Assembly (NCBI GenBank): GCA_963850305.1
Contig: CAWKKR010000005.1
Location: forward strand, 256,001-320,000
Length of the DNA: 64,000 nucleotides
Origin: an uncultured delta proteobacterium
GTDB lineage: Bacteria > Myxococcota_A > Polyangia > Polyangiales > Polyangiaceae
Direction: 5' to 3'
Shown here: piece after piece, positions 63,541 through 64,000 of the stretch
Layout of the letters: the number at the start of each line of letters is the position of its first letter
Numbering within the stretch: position 1 is the stretch's first letter
The notes under the pieces: model-generated
The model's input: the letters and a program-made list of their open reading frames with translations, nothing else
What the model was told of the DNA's origin: nothing
The model's database searches: none
Made by a program: the position numbers and the translations under genes

Positions 63541-64000
63541 ATGGCAACGATCCTGCACATAGAAGACGATCCGGCAAATCGTTTGCTCGTCCGGAAGCTA
63601 TTGACCGCCGCCGGCTACGACGTGGTGGATGCGGTCGACGGCGTCGACGGTATCCGGAAGGCATGTGACCTGAAACCGAGTCTCGTCCTGGTCGACATCG
63701 CGATTCCAGGGCTAGACGGATACGAGGTCACCCTTCGCCTTCGCGCGGAGCCATCGCTTCAGCACGTTCCCATCGTGGCCATCACGGCGGAGGGAAACCG
63801 GGACACGAGCCTGGCCGTCGGTTGCGACGGCTTCTTGCAGAAGCCCATTGCTGCGCGCACGTTCGCTGCGACGATCGAGGGCTATCTGAGCGGCCATCGG
63901 GAGCGGGCGGGAGCGAGGTCTACGGACGAACATTTGCGGGCCCAGAGCCAGCGCATAGTCGCCCATCTCGAGGAGAAGATCACGGAGCTTTCGGACGCGA
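63541..64000 (+). CDS. Response regulator receiver protein with downstream coiled coil (runs off the window edge)
   Basis: Own translation MATILHIEDD...LVLVDIAIPGLDG...AITA...FLQKPI...LEEKITELSDA; open to the window end. Confidence 0.9.
   Translation, partial: MATILHIEDDPANRLLVRKLLTAAGYDVVDAVDGVDGIRKACDLKPSLVLVDIAIPGLDGYEVTLRLRAEPSLQHVPIVAITAEGNRDTSLAVGCDGFLQKPIAARTFAATIEGYLSGHRERAGARSTDEHLRAQSQRIVAHLEEKITELSDA

Noticed and set aside
1..64000. tRNA, rRNA or riboswitch genes
   Set aside because: None recognised by eye in the intergenic regions; a covariance-model scan would be needed to exclude them

Overview
GC-rich bacterial chromosomal window. Gene style (Cys-rich lipoproteins, IgGFc-binding and IPT/TIG proteins, type-2 IleRS) suggests Myxococcota, probably Polyangiaceae; this is inference. 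Many genes, including essential ones, carry single-base frameshifts that look like long-read indel errors. Positions 1-28.2 kb hold a mosaic Wzc/WecA surface-polysaccharide cluster with an MBOAT plus SGNH-like acylation pair, a sulfotransferase, methyltransferases, a CDP-glucose-derived C-methyl sugar cassette, several GT4s, DegT/Gfo genes and a deacetylase. The cluster is interrupted by an IS4-like remnant and by a 17.8-20.1 kb islet containing a deleted paralogous copy of the Gfo-DegT pair, about 15 tandem 21-bp repeats and an unknown basic protein. A small accessory islet at 28.3-29.5 kb includes an unannotated RHH-like ORF. Positions 30-64 kb are mostly housekeeping: MlaF-like ATPase, LpxL-like, thiG, MFS, thiE, ileS, MrfA/MrfB-like helicase and exonuclease, lspA, lgt, folD, coaE, leuS, LptE-like, lnt, PPIase and a response regulator. 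The most notable elements are (i) an intact IS110 whose leader contains guide-like copies of its own target and donor junctions (bridge-RNA signature) and (ii) two arrays of one 70-bp repeat built from GNA-triloop hairpins with compensatory changes; the IS110 sits at the head of one of them. A parS-like site lies just after leuS.
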